Positions 63,293 through 64,000 of a stretch of 64,000 nt of DNA are shown in pieces; the stretch's first letter is position 1, and each line of letters starts with the position of its first letter. The translations under genes and the position numbers were made by a program. Under the pieces are notes generated by a model. That model made no database searches. It had not been told where the DNA came from and saw only the letters and a program-made list of their open reading frames with translations. The stretch covers positions 2,668,001-2,732,000 of the forward strand of contig NW_024704743.1 in the NCBI RefSeq assembly GCF_018977255.1, given 5' to 3'. Source of the stretch: Callorhinchus milii. Taxonomy: Eukaryota.

Positions 63293-63720
63293 TGTCTTGT
63301 TACAATAAAGCTGAGGATGGGTTGAGCAGGTGGATGAAATGCTAATAAAGTCCTTTTATTTCTAGACACTCAACTCAGAAGTCACCATCAGGAAAGAGAG
63401 GAAAGTATCTGACATTTGGAGTGGGAGTTGAAGAAACCTTTAAAGATTTTAATGGGCCAGGTTGACTTGATGCGATCGACTATAACCTTTAAAAGAGTTC
63501 ACTGCTCCTGATGAACTAAAACCGCAGCCTGGCTTAACATTTAAACAGAGGCTTAAAAGGAATACTTAGCCAGAGCCCACGAGCTGCTAATTTGTAATTC
63601 CTTCTCAACTTTTTTTTAAGAGAAAAAAAAAGCTGCATGAATGTTTTATGTAGGTTAAATGATTAGAACAAAATAACGGCGGCAGCGAACACAGTCAGAG
63701 CAGGAGTGTGAAAGGCTTGT

Positions 63721-63734
63721 GTTGCCATGGTAAC
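63721..63734. promoter_or_regulatory. RFX X-box
   Basis: GTTGCCATGGTAAC matches the palindromic X-box consensus GTTGCCATGG(C/T)AAC and lies in non-repeat sequence. Confidence 0.45.
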
Positions 63735-63804
63735 CTTTCCCCACAGCGGTACCCAGAGGACAGGTCAGCTCATCACTCTGACGCTCACCGTTCACCTCAG
63801 ATTT

Positions 63805-64000
63805 GTGGAGTCCTGCGGCTCAGTGGTTTGACACTTGCCTCACGAGTGAGAGGACCTGGGTTCGATTCCCGGGCAAAACGAAACGTTGGGCAAGTTTCCT
63901 TACTCCACACACGTCTCTGTTTACCCTAGAATAAGTAGGAACTCGGTTATTAGTCGATTGGCGGATCGCTTTTCCGGAGATAATAATCCCCTCAAAAAAA
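63805..64000 (+). mobile_element. tRNA-derived SINE cut by the window end
   Basis: gtggagtcctgcggctcagtgg...gggttcgattccc. Confidence 0.85.

Overview
This is vertebrate genomic DNA, not prokaryotic. The repeat content (tRNA-headed Deu-type SINEs, L2 and CR1 LINE fragments) suggests a cartilaginous fish, possibly a chimaera; that is an inference. The window holds the 3' half of a PTPRN2 (IA-2beta/phogrin) orthologue on the minus strand: 11 phase-consistent coding exons from the transmembrane exon (36862-37080) to the stop codon (11645), followed by a probable long 3' UTR. No upstream exon was found in 37081-64000, so that stretch is one large intron. A miR-153 hairpin (17991-18077, minus) lies in the intron equivalent to human intron 19. 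The most notable observations are: (1) a compact internal promoter (TATA, E-boxes, RFX X-box, CCAAT) at about 43.5 kb, with a strong splice donor at 42929, which may drive a nested transcript such as pri-miR-153 or a truncated isoform; (2) a GC-AG intron that splits the catalytic HCS/DG motif; (3) a WPD loop changed to WLN; (4) an unclassified repeat family of about 600 bp; (5) several candidate conserved non-coding elements. Almost all other ORFs in the supplied track are artefacts of simple repeats or SINEs. Repeat boundaries are approximate and were judged by eye.
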